Of a DNA stretch of 64,000 nucleotides, positions 8,921 to 17,131 are shown piece after piece. The notes under the pieces were generated by a model. The model was not told the DNA's origin. It saw only the letters and a list, made by a program, of their open reading frames with translations, and made no database searches. The position numbers were made by a program, and so were the translations under genes. Where the stretch lies: sequence record MZ443771.1; one strand, written 5' to 3'. Each line of letters begins with the position of its first letter. Position 1 is the stretch's first letter.

Positions 8921-9945
8921 GTAGATCGTTTGCCAGTATCGGAAAGAACTCCGCGCCTGGTTCTTTGCCAAAGATGAAGATCAAGTACGGCAAGAAGCCG
9001 ATGCTTCACGTTGTTGATGCGTCGAACTGGATGTGCCGTGCTTACTTCGCTACGCAGAAAAATCCCACGTATGCGAAAGACGGTACGCCTACTTACGGCC
9101 TTCGTCAATTCATGTACATGGTCAAAGACTTGATCGACATTGCTGCTAAAGACCCGAACGGTGCGTATCTCGCTTTCTGCTTTGACCCAAGCTCAAGCGA
9201 TACGTGGCGTTATCGAGCAATACAGCAATGGGCTGCTGAACACAAGAAGAAATACATTCGTCAGGTGTTCAAGAAGTCTAGCGACTACAAAGGCAACCGC
9301 GACCGTACTCAGACCGTAGAGCTTGGCCCGCAGATGACACTCGCTAGAGAGATTCTGCAAATGGCGGGTTACTATGTCGGCATTAAAAAGCCGTATGAGT
9401 GCGATGACCTTGTGGGTACGTTGAGCGACCGCTTCAAGCACGACTACCTGATCAAGCTGTATTCGCGTGACAAAGACTATGTGCAACTTGTTGACCACAA
9501 GAACGTTGAGCTTATCATGCAAGCGCAGTCGAATGCTGCTGAACGCCGCTTCGATTACAAAACAGCAAAAGGTTTCTTCGGTGTTCCTGCCGACCGTGTT
9601 ATCGACATGCTCGCTCTTTGTGGTGACGGCGTGGATAACGTTCCGGGTATTCCGGGACTCGGTGAGAAGACCTCGATTGAGCTTATCAATAAGTGGGGTG
9701 GCGCGATTGGTATTCGTGACGCTCTGCTGAAAGGCAAACTCAAGTCGAACGCTGGCTGGGCTAAAGCACTCATGATGCAAGTGCCAGCTATGGATATTGA
9801 ATTGCAAATGGAGCTTGTAACTATCGACCGCAACGTGCCGTCGTTACCTCGTAACATCGAAGCGTTTGCACCGCGCAGACCAGACATAAAAGCGCTGAAA
9901 GCTGTTAAGAAGCGCCTGGCTCTGCCTCAACTATTACACGTCTAG
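8917..9945 (+). CDS. 5'-3' exonuclease / flap endonuclease (Pol I N-terminal, T4 RNase H family)
   Basis: VVDASNWMCRAYFA, FCFD, YKGNR, ECDDLVGTL, SRDKDYVQL, and helix-3-turn-helix GDGVDNVPGIPGLGEKT. Confidence 0.92.
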   Translation: MSRSFASIGKNSAPGSLPKMKIKYGKKPMLHVVDASNWMCRAYFATQKNPTYAKDGTPTYGLRQFMYMVKDLIDIAAKDPNGAYLAFCFDPSSSDTWRYRAIQQWAAEHKKKYIRQVFKKSSDYKGNRDRTQTVELGPQMTLAREILQMAGYYVGIKKPYECDDLVGTLSDRFKHDYLIKLYSRDKDYVQLVDHKNVELIMQAQSNAAERRFDYKTAKGFFGVPADRVIDMLALCGDGVDNVPGIPGLGEKTSIELINKWGGAIGIRDALLKGKLKSNAGWAKALMMQVPAMDIELQMELVTIDRNVPSLPRNIEAFAPRRPDIKALKAVKKRLALPQLLHV

Positions 9946-9956
9946 TAGAGGACAGC

Positions 9957-10499
9957 ATGACGGAAAAGATTACGCAGTTGGCAAAGTGGTTTGATGCGGC
10001 GAAAGTCGCATTCAAGATGGGGACAGTTAATCCAGACGGTGATGCTGCGTTGCTTCTGGCAATTCACAAACGTCTGATTAAAGAGGTCGAAGATGCTGGT
10101 GATGCAGAAACCAAAGCATTCGCTCAGACAAATCTGTCAGAGTTCATTTCGGATCTGCGCATAGAGCTGCGCATGTTCGACCTGATCTGCAGGCGCTTCA
10201 ACACTGACCTGTACCCTCAGATCAAAATCGGCGATGACGTCAAAATCTATATCGCGCTCATGGCTCAAACGCCGGGCAGTGCTGTAATGGCAATGACGTA
10301 CCTGTATCTTGCTCGCTGCTACACGCTGCAAGACATGATCTTAAACTTCCTCCCGAACGGCTTCCCGGCCTCAGATGCTCTCGGTCTTACGTGGAGCATT
10401 CAGAAAGGGAACAGTGATGCGTTCACCGGAAATCTGGTGGACGATATCGAAACTGTAAATAGCCTGTACAATAAGATGTATAGCTCAGGAGAGAAGTAA
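9957..10499 (+). CDS. hypothetical protein
   Basis: RBS agagga; 180-aa helical ORF. Confidence 0.75.
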   Translation: MTEKITQLAKWFDAAKVAFKMGTVNPDGDAALLLAIHKRLIKEVEDAGDAETKAFAQTNLSEFISDLRIELRMFDLICRRFNTDLYPQIKIGDDVKIYIALMAQTPGSAVMAMTYLYLARCYTLQDMILNFLPNGFPASDALGLTWSIQKGNSDAFTGNLVDDIETVNSLYNKMYSSGEK

Positions 10500-11086
10500 T
10501 GGATTTGTCTGCAATCGGTTACGCTTCGAAACAGTTCCGAGTAATCCCCGTTGAGAAGGGAAATCTCGTGACTGATTTTATTCAAGGTAAGTTCCGCGTT
10601 ATCGGTGTTGAGTGCAATGCCCGTGGTGCTTACGGTAGTCCTATCCAGCAGAGTATCGCACGGCGCTTCCCGGAAGTCATGCGCAAAGTCGAATCAGTTG
10701 ACTACGAGCATGAACTGACTATCGGCAAGACGCATCTTATTCGTGTTGGTACTCAACACCGCCGCAATCTGTTTGTTGCTAACATGCACATTGCTCGCGG
10801 TTTCGGTCTGGGCCTCAATCGTACTATGTCCGAAGGCCCAATCAACCGTTTCAGTGAGCAGCACCTGACGCGAGCGTTTGAACATCTGATTGAACAGTGT
10901 GATAAAGAGAACATCGCACTCGACCGTCAGATCGCTATTCAGCGCTTCTATGGTGGACTCGGCGGAGTTTCGTGGGAAGAAGTATGTGTAGTCCTTGATG
11001 CTATCTGTGAAAAGCACAAGTTCAACATGTACGCGTACCTACCACGTAACTACAATTCTAACTACGTGCGTGGTAGCGCGAACTAA
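10499..11086 (+). CDS. macrodomain (ADP-ribose-binding, Poa1p/DarG-like) protein
   Basis: ECNARGAYGSPIQQSIARRFP and IAIQRFYGGLGGVSWEEV match the macrodomain N..G.MG.GIA..FP and PRIGCGLGGL.W motifs, with deviations. Confidence 0.7.
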   Translation: MDLSAIGYASKQFRVIPVEKGNLVTDFIQGKFRVIGVECNARGAYGSPIQQSIARRFPEVMRKVESVDYEHELTIGKTHLIRVGTQHRRNLFVANMHIARGFGLGLNRTMSEGPINRFSEQHLTRAFEHLIEQCDKENIALDRQIAIQRFYGGLGGVSWEEVCVVLDAICEKHKFNMYAYLPRNYNSNYVRGSAN

Positions 11087-11098
11087 CTCTGGGGTGTA

Positions 11099-11443
11099 TT
11101 GATGAATACAATACGCGGATTTGATTGGCTCTTTTACGGAGATGGAACCGATAGCGGCCAACACTCAATTTTAAGTATCGTCGTTGAACAAGCGGCGAAA
11201 TCAATACAGGTGGAAGTAGAACAAGGAAGTGCCGTGCCTGTAATTCAAGCGATTCAGGAAAACGAAGTCCTGTACGCGCAGACGGACGAAGGGCTTTATC
11301 GCGTTCGTTACAGTTGTTCATTCCGTGGTCTTGACCCGAACTTCTTCCCGCAAGACAAAACGACATTCCGTTTGAAGCTCATCTCGTTTGAGTTTCTTCC
11401 GGGAGTTACTACGCACGATAAGCTGTTGGAGTACGTGCCATGA
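11099..11443 (+). CDS. hypothetical protein
   Basis: ORF in the + strand gene chain; overlaps the next start. Confidence 0.65.
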   Translation: MMNTIRGFDWLFYGDGTDSGQHSILSIVVEQAAKSIQVEVEQGSAVPVIQAIQENEVLYAQTDEGLYRVRYSCSFRGLDPNFFPQDKTTFRLKLISFEFLPGVTTHDKLLEYVP

Positions 11444-12201
11444 TTACTGTGCAGAAAATTGAAGCCCGTTTAAAAAGACTGGACTATACTCGCCCCTCAC
11501 CTAGTCGTGAGATGCTTGAGGGACTTATGAAAGATGGACGCACTCGCATTCTTAGCAAATCAGCTTCGAGTGACCTGTGCAAAGACTCGATGGAATACTT
11601 CGAGTTCTGCCTTTCGCAAGTCGGCTCTTTCTGTACTGCGTCGTACAATGCTGTGGAGATTGGTCTGTCTCTCAACATTCAACCGATTTATATCGCTGCT
11701 GCTATTCACCTGTACGGTAGCGATTGGCAGTTCCGTTTCCTTGAGCTTAAACGTTTCGGTCTGCTTGCCCGCGGTGATTACTCTGTGTGGAAGTCTGCTG
11801 ACGCGTGGTTCGGCCTGGGTGAATGCCGTCGTCGCTTAGTACGTGCTGGGGTAACGAACGAAATCTCCAGCGGTCAGTCTGAGCTTCGCATGGCAGTACG
11901 CAAAGGTGAGCTGGACAAGATTCGTGAGATTGCCAAGAAGTTTCCGCATCGCATGATGTCCATTCTCGACGTGAAGCGTGACCCACTGTATAACGATCCT
12001 CGTATTGCGGCATCACGTAAAGCGCGTGAGAAAGCAAAGGCAGAAGCTGCTGCTGCCGGTAAGAAGCTGGCTGAACCTCGTTCGTACTCTGACCTGAGCG
12101 CTGTGTTCAACGGAGCAATCGCGCCTCGTAATACTGATCGTGGGTTTAGCGATTCGTCAGAAACTCGCGGTACGGTGAACGGTCGTCGTTTTCGTGTCTG
12201 A
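11440..12201 (+). CDS. hypothetical protein
   Basis: 253-aa ORF with a basic C-terminus. Confidence 0.75.
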   Translation: MITVQKIEARLKRLDYTRPSPSREMLEGLMKDGRTRILSKSASSDLCKDSMEYFEFCLSQVGSFCTASYNAVEIGLSLNIQPIYIAAAIHLYGSDWQFRFLELKRFGLLARGDYSVWKSADAWFGLGECRRRLVRAGVTNEISSGQSELRMAVRKGELDKIREIAKKFPHRMMSILDVKRDPLYNDPRIAASRKAREKAKAEAAAAGKKLAEPRSYSDLSAVFNGAIAPRNTDRGFSDSSETRGTVNGRRFRV

Positions 12202-12251
12202 TAACTGCGAACGGTAATTTCTGCTGTCAAAACAAATAACGGAAACCTCCA

Positions 12252-13022
12252 ATGAGCAACATTGATAATACAATGCCTGAGGGCAAGTGGGAGTTCAACG
12301 AGCCTGTTGCTGCTGTGTTCGATAACATGCTGCAAAACTCAATCCCGTCGTATGGCCGTATGCGCGACTTGACCTATCGTCTGGGTCGTCAGTTCGTCAC
12401 GCCCGGTACTGCTATCGTTGACCTCGGAGCTTCTCTGGGTCGTGCTGTTGAGCCGTTCTGCAAAGAGTTCGGCGAGTACATCTACGTTCACGCTGCTGAC
12501 CGTCCTGAGCCAGATCGTGAAATCGGTAACATGTACTGCTGCTACGAAGTCGCTCCTGCGATGCTTGAACGCCTGCGTGAAAACGAAGTGCTGAAAGCGG
12601 CCAAAGCGAAAATCAGTAGCGAATCGCTGGTGGACGTTGACACGTTCCGCTTCGACGAACAGGTTGAGTGCTCGCTCATTCTGTCTGTACTCACTCTCCA
12701 GTTCACGCCGATTGAACATCGTCAACACGTCCTTGAGAAAGTCTATGACTCTCTTGCAAAAGGCGGTGCGTTCATTCTCGTTGAGAAGGTTCTCGGTGAC
12801 GACAACTTCCTCGACCGTCTGCTGGTGGACACGTACTATCACATGAAAGGCGACAACGGCTACACGCAAGAATCTATTGCATGTAAGCGTAAGTCACTCG
12901 AAGGTATTCTGGTGCCTGTCAAAGCTGCATGGAACGAAGAACTGCTGCGCAAAGCGGGCTTCAACCGTGTAGAATGTTTCTACCGCGATCTCAACTTCGC
13001 CGGATGGATCGCAATTAAGTAA
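12252..13022 (+). CDS. cmoA: carboxy-S-adenosyl-L-methionine synthase (CmoA homolog)
   Basis: Collinear with E. coli CmoA: WEFNEPVAAVFDNM..SIPSY, DLGASLG, TLQF, GGAFILVEK, NGYT..I..KRKSLE (the conserved carboxylate-binding Arg), AGF and NF. Confidence 0.9.
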   Translation: MSNIDNTMPEGKWEFNEPVAAVFDNMLQNSIPSYGRMRDLTYRLGRQFVTPGTAIVDLGASLGRAVEPFCKEFGEYIYVHAADRPEPDREIGNMYCCYEVAPAMLERLRENEVLKAAKAKISSESLVDVDTFRFDEQVECSLILSVLTLQFTPIEHRQHVLEKVYDSLAKGGAFILVEKVLGDDNFLDRLLVDTYYHMKGDNGYTQESIACKRKSLEGILVPVKAAWNEELLRKAGFNRVECFYRDLNFAGWIAIK

Positions 13023-13032
13023 GGGAAGTAGC

Positions 13033-14295
13033 ATGAAAGTAAACGGGCGTATCTTAGCAATCGTACCGCACAAGACTCTGGCTGATCGCACGAAGTCTGG
13101 TGTTGGTGCTTACATCGACGGACTCGAAGCGTATGGCTTCTGCGACTTCACCACTGACGGTGAGAACAGTTCCGTAACCAAGAGCTTGTGGTTTAACTAC
13201 GGTGACACCACGCTGAGTGATGGTTACAAAGTAGGGCACATTCAAAGTGAACTGCTTGCTGCTCTTGAGCGTCATCCGTATCGTGCAATCATTTGCAGCA
13301 CATACGAAGCGATTGAAGCTGCTGTCGGTCTGGGCTTGCCAAAGATTATGCCCGTTTACTATCGTTCGCATAACAGCTTCCTGTTGACGCAAGATCTCAA
13401 TGGTCTCGGTGCTGAGAAGATTCACCGTGCTCTACTGCAAGCTGGCGTAACTGGTCTGCGTGTGTTAGCGAACTGTGATTCAACTGCAAACAATCTGGCA
13501 TCACGTTATCCTGTTGCTGCGTCTGTCGCGTACAACTCGTTCAACGTGCCTGACTACAATCCACCAGCAAAGCGCAAGCCGACGCTGTTGATTATCTGTC
13601 GCTACGAAAAGGTTAAGCGCCCTGCGTTTGCTGCTCGTATCGCTGCTGCATCTGGTCTGCCTGTTCGTGTGATGACGGGCAGTGATCGCCAAGTTAAAAG
13701 CTGGCAGAAAGAATTGACCGATGCTGGTGTCAAAGACCATACAGTCGTTAGCGGTATCAGCGGCAAAGAGAAACTTGAGTTCATCGGTGCTTGTACCGTG
13801 GCTCTCTCCTGCGCTGAAATCGAATCGTTCGCTAACGGTGTGCGTGAGTCTATCCCGTACTGCCCAACGTTCATCGTGCAAACATCGAAGTTCGACTGGG
13901 CGAAAGATTACACACGCTTCTGCTCTCTGGACAAACACATCCACGTTCGCACCGTCGACCGTGTGACAGAGCAGGAAGTCACTGAGCTGGGTAATGAGAT
14001 TGCTTACTGGGCTACTACTCGCTACCTGAACAATGCTCAACGTAAAGACTTGATGACCAAGTGGGTTGCTCAAGTCGATAAAGGCTGGGCTGACTTTATG
14101 AAGAATGCCGTTGTTGCTGATGACGGTAAGCCTATGAAAACTGACCTGTCGAAAGAACTCGAACAAAAAGGCGTAGTAGACTGGTCAGAAGTACCTGCGC
14201 TTATGCGTACTGTAAAAGCATTACACAAATGCCATGCTCGTATGGGCCTGACATTCGATGGCACCAAAATCAAAACTAAAGGAAGAAAGAAATGA
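13033..14295 (+). CDS. GT-B fold glycosyltransferase (GT4-like)
   Basis: N-terminal SGVGAYI, C-domain LIICRYEKVKRP (GR...K) and ESFANGVRES (E.FG...EA). Confidence 0.75.
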   Translation: MKVNGRILAIVPHKTLADRTKSGVGAYIDGLEAYGFCDFTTDGENSSVTKSLWFNYGDTTLSDGYKVGHIQSELLAALERHPYRAIICSTYEAIEAAVGLGLPKIMPVYYRSHNSFLLTQDLNGLGAEKIHRALLQAGVTGLRVLANCDSTANNLASRYPVAASVAYNSFNVPDYNPPAKRKPTLLIICRYEKVKRPAFAARIAAASGLPVRVMTGSDRQVKSWQKELTDAGVKDHTVVSGISGKEKLEFIGACTVALSCAEIESFANGVRESIPYCPTFIVQTSKFDWAKDYTRFCSLDKHIHVRTVDRVTEQEVTELGNEIAYWATTRYLNNAQRKDLMTKWVAQVDKGWADFMKNAVVADDGKPMKTDLSKELEQKGVVDWSEVPALMRTVKALHKCHARMGLTFDGTKIKTKGRKK

Positions 14296-15326
14296 GCGTG
14301 ATTGGTGATATCTATAACATTCCTCAACCGTATGCGATGTACTGCGGCAATGCCAAAACCAAAGCAATGGCAAAGATTACTGCCGGTATGGTTGAGTGGG
14401 CTCCTGAGAAGGTATGTTGTGTAGTCGAAGACGCTGAACGTTTGTTCGCTGACGTACCGTGTGTTGAAGTGCGCGATCTCGATAAGACCGACGCTGAAAC
14501 TCTGGTTATCGGCTTTGCGCCATTTGGCGGTCAGATTAACGATGACATTGATCGCGTTGTCTGCGAAGCATTAAAGCGCGGTCTGAACGTTGCTGCTGCT
14601 CTGCACGTCAAACTGGCAGACAATCCTAAATACTTCGCGCTCGCTCGTGAGCACGGTGTATCACTGTATGACTTCCGCCATCACCCTGAGCAATATCCTC
14701 TGGGCACCGGTATTCGTCGTGACGGTATTCGCGTTCTGACTGTTGGCACCGACTGCTCCTGCGGTAAGAAATTCACTGCGCTCGCTCTGACCAAGAAGCT
14801 GACCGAGATGAGTCAGAAAGCTGTGTTCTGTGCTACAGGCCAGACAGGCTTCTTGATTAGCGGTCGTGGCATCAACAACGACACTGTGGTTGCTGACTTC
14901 CTTGCTGGTGCTGCTGAGTGGCTTTCACCTGATGACAAAGACGCAATCTATTTGATTGAAGGTCAAGGCGCTATTCGTCACCCTGCGTATACTGGTGGCA
15001 GCATGAGTCTGATTGCTGGCTCGCAACCTGATGCGCTCGTTATGTGTCACACTGTTGGCCGTAACGTCATGATGGGCACTGAGCGCGAGATCAGTATCAC
15101 GGACGAAATCTCTGCTAACCTTGCAGCGGCTGCGATGCACGACTGGTACCCTCGCGTTGTTGGTATCAGTATCAACTTCTGCGAGTCTGGTATGAGCAAA
15201 GAACAGCGCAAGAAGTATCTGGCGACTATTGAACGTAACATCGGCTACGTAGCGTTCGACCCGCAAGAAGGTGGCGAAGCGTTTGACCGTGTTGCTACTA
15301 CCATAGCGTTGCTGTCGCGCCCATGA
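14292..15326 (+). CDS. DUF1611 / DgcN-family P-loop protein
   Basis: VIGFAPFGG, VGTDCSCGKKFT, ATGQTG, DFLAGAAE, IEGQGAIRHPAY, GSQPDALVMCH. Confidence 0.88.
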   Translation: MSVIGDIYNIPQPYAMYCGNAKTKAMAKITAGMVEWAPEKVCCVVEDAERLFADVPCVEVRDLDKTDAETLVIGFAPFGGQINDDIDRVVCEALKRGLNVAAALHVKLADNPKYFALAREHGVSLYDFRHHPEQYPLGTGIRRDGIRVLTVGTDCSCGKKFTALALTKKLTEMSQKAVFCATGQTGFLISGRGINNDTVVADFLAGAAEWLSPDDKDAIYLIEGQGAIRHPAYTGGSMSLIAGSQPDALVMCHTVGRNVMMGTEREISITDEISANLAAAAMHDWYPRVVGISINFCESGMSKEQRKKYLATIERNIGYVAFDPQEGGEAFDRVATTIALLSRP

Positions 15327-16258
15327 TAGTCCTAATCGACAACGCTGCGTTAGCGAGTAATGCAGCGTATTTAAAATCACTCGCACCGACCATGATTCCC
15401 GTTGTGAAAGGTAATTTCTATGGGCATGGTTTAGATTGCGTGACAGCGTTCGCGTCTGACTTTGACGTGCTTGCAGTGCATAACGTCCAAGAGGCATTGA
15501 CGCTGCGTGAGCTTGGACTTGACCACACGCTGCTGATTCTCGGTGGTACTGACGCGCGTATGTGGAATATAGTTCCTGTATTGAATGCAGCGCAAGCCTC
15601 AACGTATGAAGGCCAGTATGCTGTGTTTGCTGATTGGGGCTGTCGTCGTATCAATGTCAGCCCTGGCCAACTTACCAGTCGCCCAGCTCTCGTTCTCATT
15701 CACTCTGAGGACTACCGTCAGCCTGTGTCTGCGCACACTGCTAACGAGATTGCTGTGCGTTACAACATGCCGCGCTCTCGATTGTCTGTAGGCTCAAGCA
15801 TGAATGCGCTTACACCAGACGCGCCTAAGTTGATGCCGCGTGTTGGTATGGCACTTACCGGTTATAGCAGTGATGAAACTGTTAACGGTAATTTGATCGT
15901 AGCGAAGACAGTGCTTGCTCGCATCTGCGATAAGCTGGATGCGGGTCGAGTATTTGGTTACGGTGCATTAGTGCCTAACAGCGCACACATGTTTCTGTAT
16001 TCGATTGATGTGGGTTATTACGATAACTTATATCAGTCAGAGAACAACACGCCTGTGCATTGCCCTAATGTGCCACACGCTAAGGTCACGTTGCTTACTG
16101 GCGTTGCGCGATCAATCAGCATGAACCATGCCTTCGTATTGTCAGATACTGAGCTACCGTTCGACTCTGAAATTGAATTGCTTGGACCGAACGTTCGCGC
16201 AGATTATCTGGCCAAACTTCACGGAACAACAACTGCGAATATTTTAAGGCTGGGTTAA
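15323..16258 (+). CDS. PLP-dependent alanine-racemase-like protein
   Basis: VVKGNFYGHG (PLP Lys motif VVKANAYGHG), AVHNVQEALTLRELG, PRVGMALTG, FGYG (catalytic Tyr), GYYD and ISMNH. Shorter than a typical Alr. Confidence 0.8.
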   Translation: MIVLIDNAALASNAAYLKSLAPTMIPVVKGNFYGHGLDCVTAFASDFDVLAVHNVQEALTLRELGLDHTLLILGGTDARMWNIVPVLNAAQASTYEGQYAVFADWGCRRINVSPGQLTSRPALVLIHSEDYRQPVSAHTANEIAVRYNMPRSRLSVGSSMNALTPDAPKLMPRVGMALTGYSSDETVNGNLIVAKTVLARICDKLDAGRVFGYGALVPNSAHMFLYSIDVGYYDNLYQSENNTPVHCPNVPHAKVTLLTGVARSISMNHAFVLSDTELPFDSEIELLGPNVRADYLAKLHGTTTANILRLG

Positions 16259-16260
16259 TC

Positions 16261-17130
16261 ATGGCTAAACACGTTTTGCGTAAGCTGTTTGAACAGCACG
16301 TTAAGCAAGAGGTTAAAGCTGACAAAGTTGCGGTGCTGCTGTCAAGCGGCCTTGATGGACTTGTCAGTGCTCTTGCTGCCCACGACTTAGGAAAGAAGGT
16401 ACATGCCTTTACTTTCCAGATGGGTGACAACGAAAGTTTTGACAGCAAACACGCACGTAAAGTAGCAGAGAAGATGGGCTGGGAGTTCACGCTTGTGAAA
16501 GTTCCTACGTCCGACACTGCTATCGCTCAGGGCTGGCGCACACTTCACGCCAAGTATCGCTGTATCAAAAAGCGTGACTACGAGTGTGCTTACCCTATGG
16601 TGTATTGCTACAAGGCAATCAAAGAAGCAGGTTACAAGTACGTTCTCAGCGGCCTTGTTGCTGACGCTTACTTCTGCTTTGCGCGTAATACCCACATCGC
16701 AAAAATCAGCGGCCCGCATAGCGTACTCGAAAAGTTCGACGAGTATCGCAAAGAGTATTGGGCGCCGTGGTTCAAGAACGGTAAGAAGTCTCTCGGCGTT
16801 GACGGCTATAATCCAAGTGGTATGCTGCAACACGAAATGCTGTGCGACACTTTCGGCCTGACTCACGTTAACCCGTGGCTGTTGAAAAAAGTCCATGACT
16901 ACTTCATCGGTCGTTCGTGGCAAGAACTAAATCAACCCAAGCAGAAAATGCCAATAACAGAAGCCTGGGCTGATCACATCGCTGTGGTAGGGCATCGTCC
17001 TCACCGTGGCTATCAAACAGAAGCTGGAGTACCTGCGTACTTCGAACGCTTACTGGATAATCCTGAGATCAACTTCAACGGTCGCAAGCGTGTTATGGAC
17101 CTTGCGCGTGATTGGTCAACGAGGACTTAA
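16261..17130 (+). CDS. asparagine-synthetase-like ATP-dependent amide ligase (synthetase domain only)
   Basis: PP-loop VLLSSGLDG and VLSGLVADAYF (AsnB SGEGADE.F). No N-terminal Cys glutaminase domain. Confidence 0.75.
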   Translation: MAKHVLRKLFEQHVKQEVKADKVAVLLSSGLDGLVSALAAHDLGKKVHAFTFQMGDNESFDSKHARKVAEKMGWEFTLVKVPTSDTAIAQGWRTLHAKYRCIKKRDYECAYPMVYCYKAIKEAGYKYVLSGLVADAYFCFARNTHIAKISGPHSVLEKFDEYRKEYWAPWFKNGKKSLGVDGYNPSGMLQHEMLCDTFGLTHVNPWLLKKVHDYFIGRSWQELNQPKQKMPITEAWADHIAVVGHRPHRGYQTEAGVPAYFERLLDNPEINFNGRKRVMDLARDWSTRT

Positions 17131-17131
17131 T

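Noticed and set aside
12252-13022. CmoA acting only in host tRNA cmo5U modification
   Set aside because: No cmoB-like gene or tRNAs are in the window, and the Arg-motif C5 transferase offers a direct DNA consumer of carboxy-SAM. It is disfavoured but not excluded.
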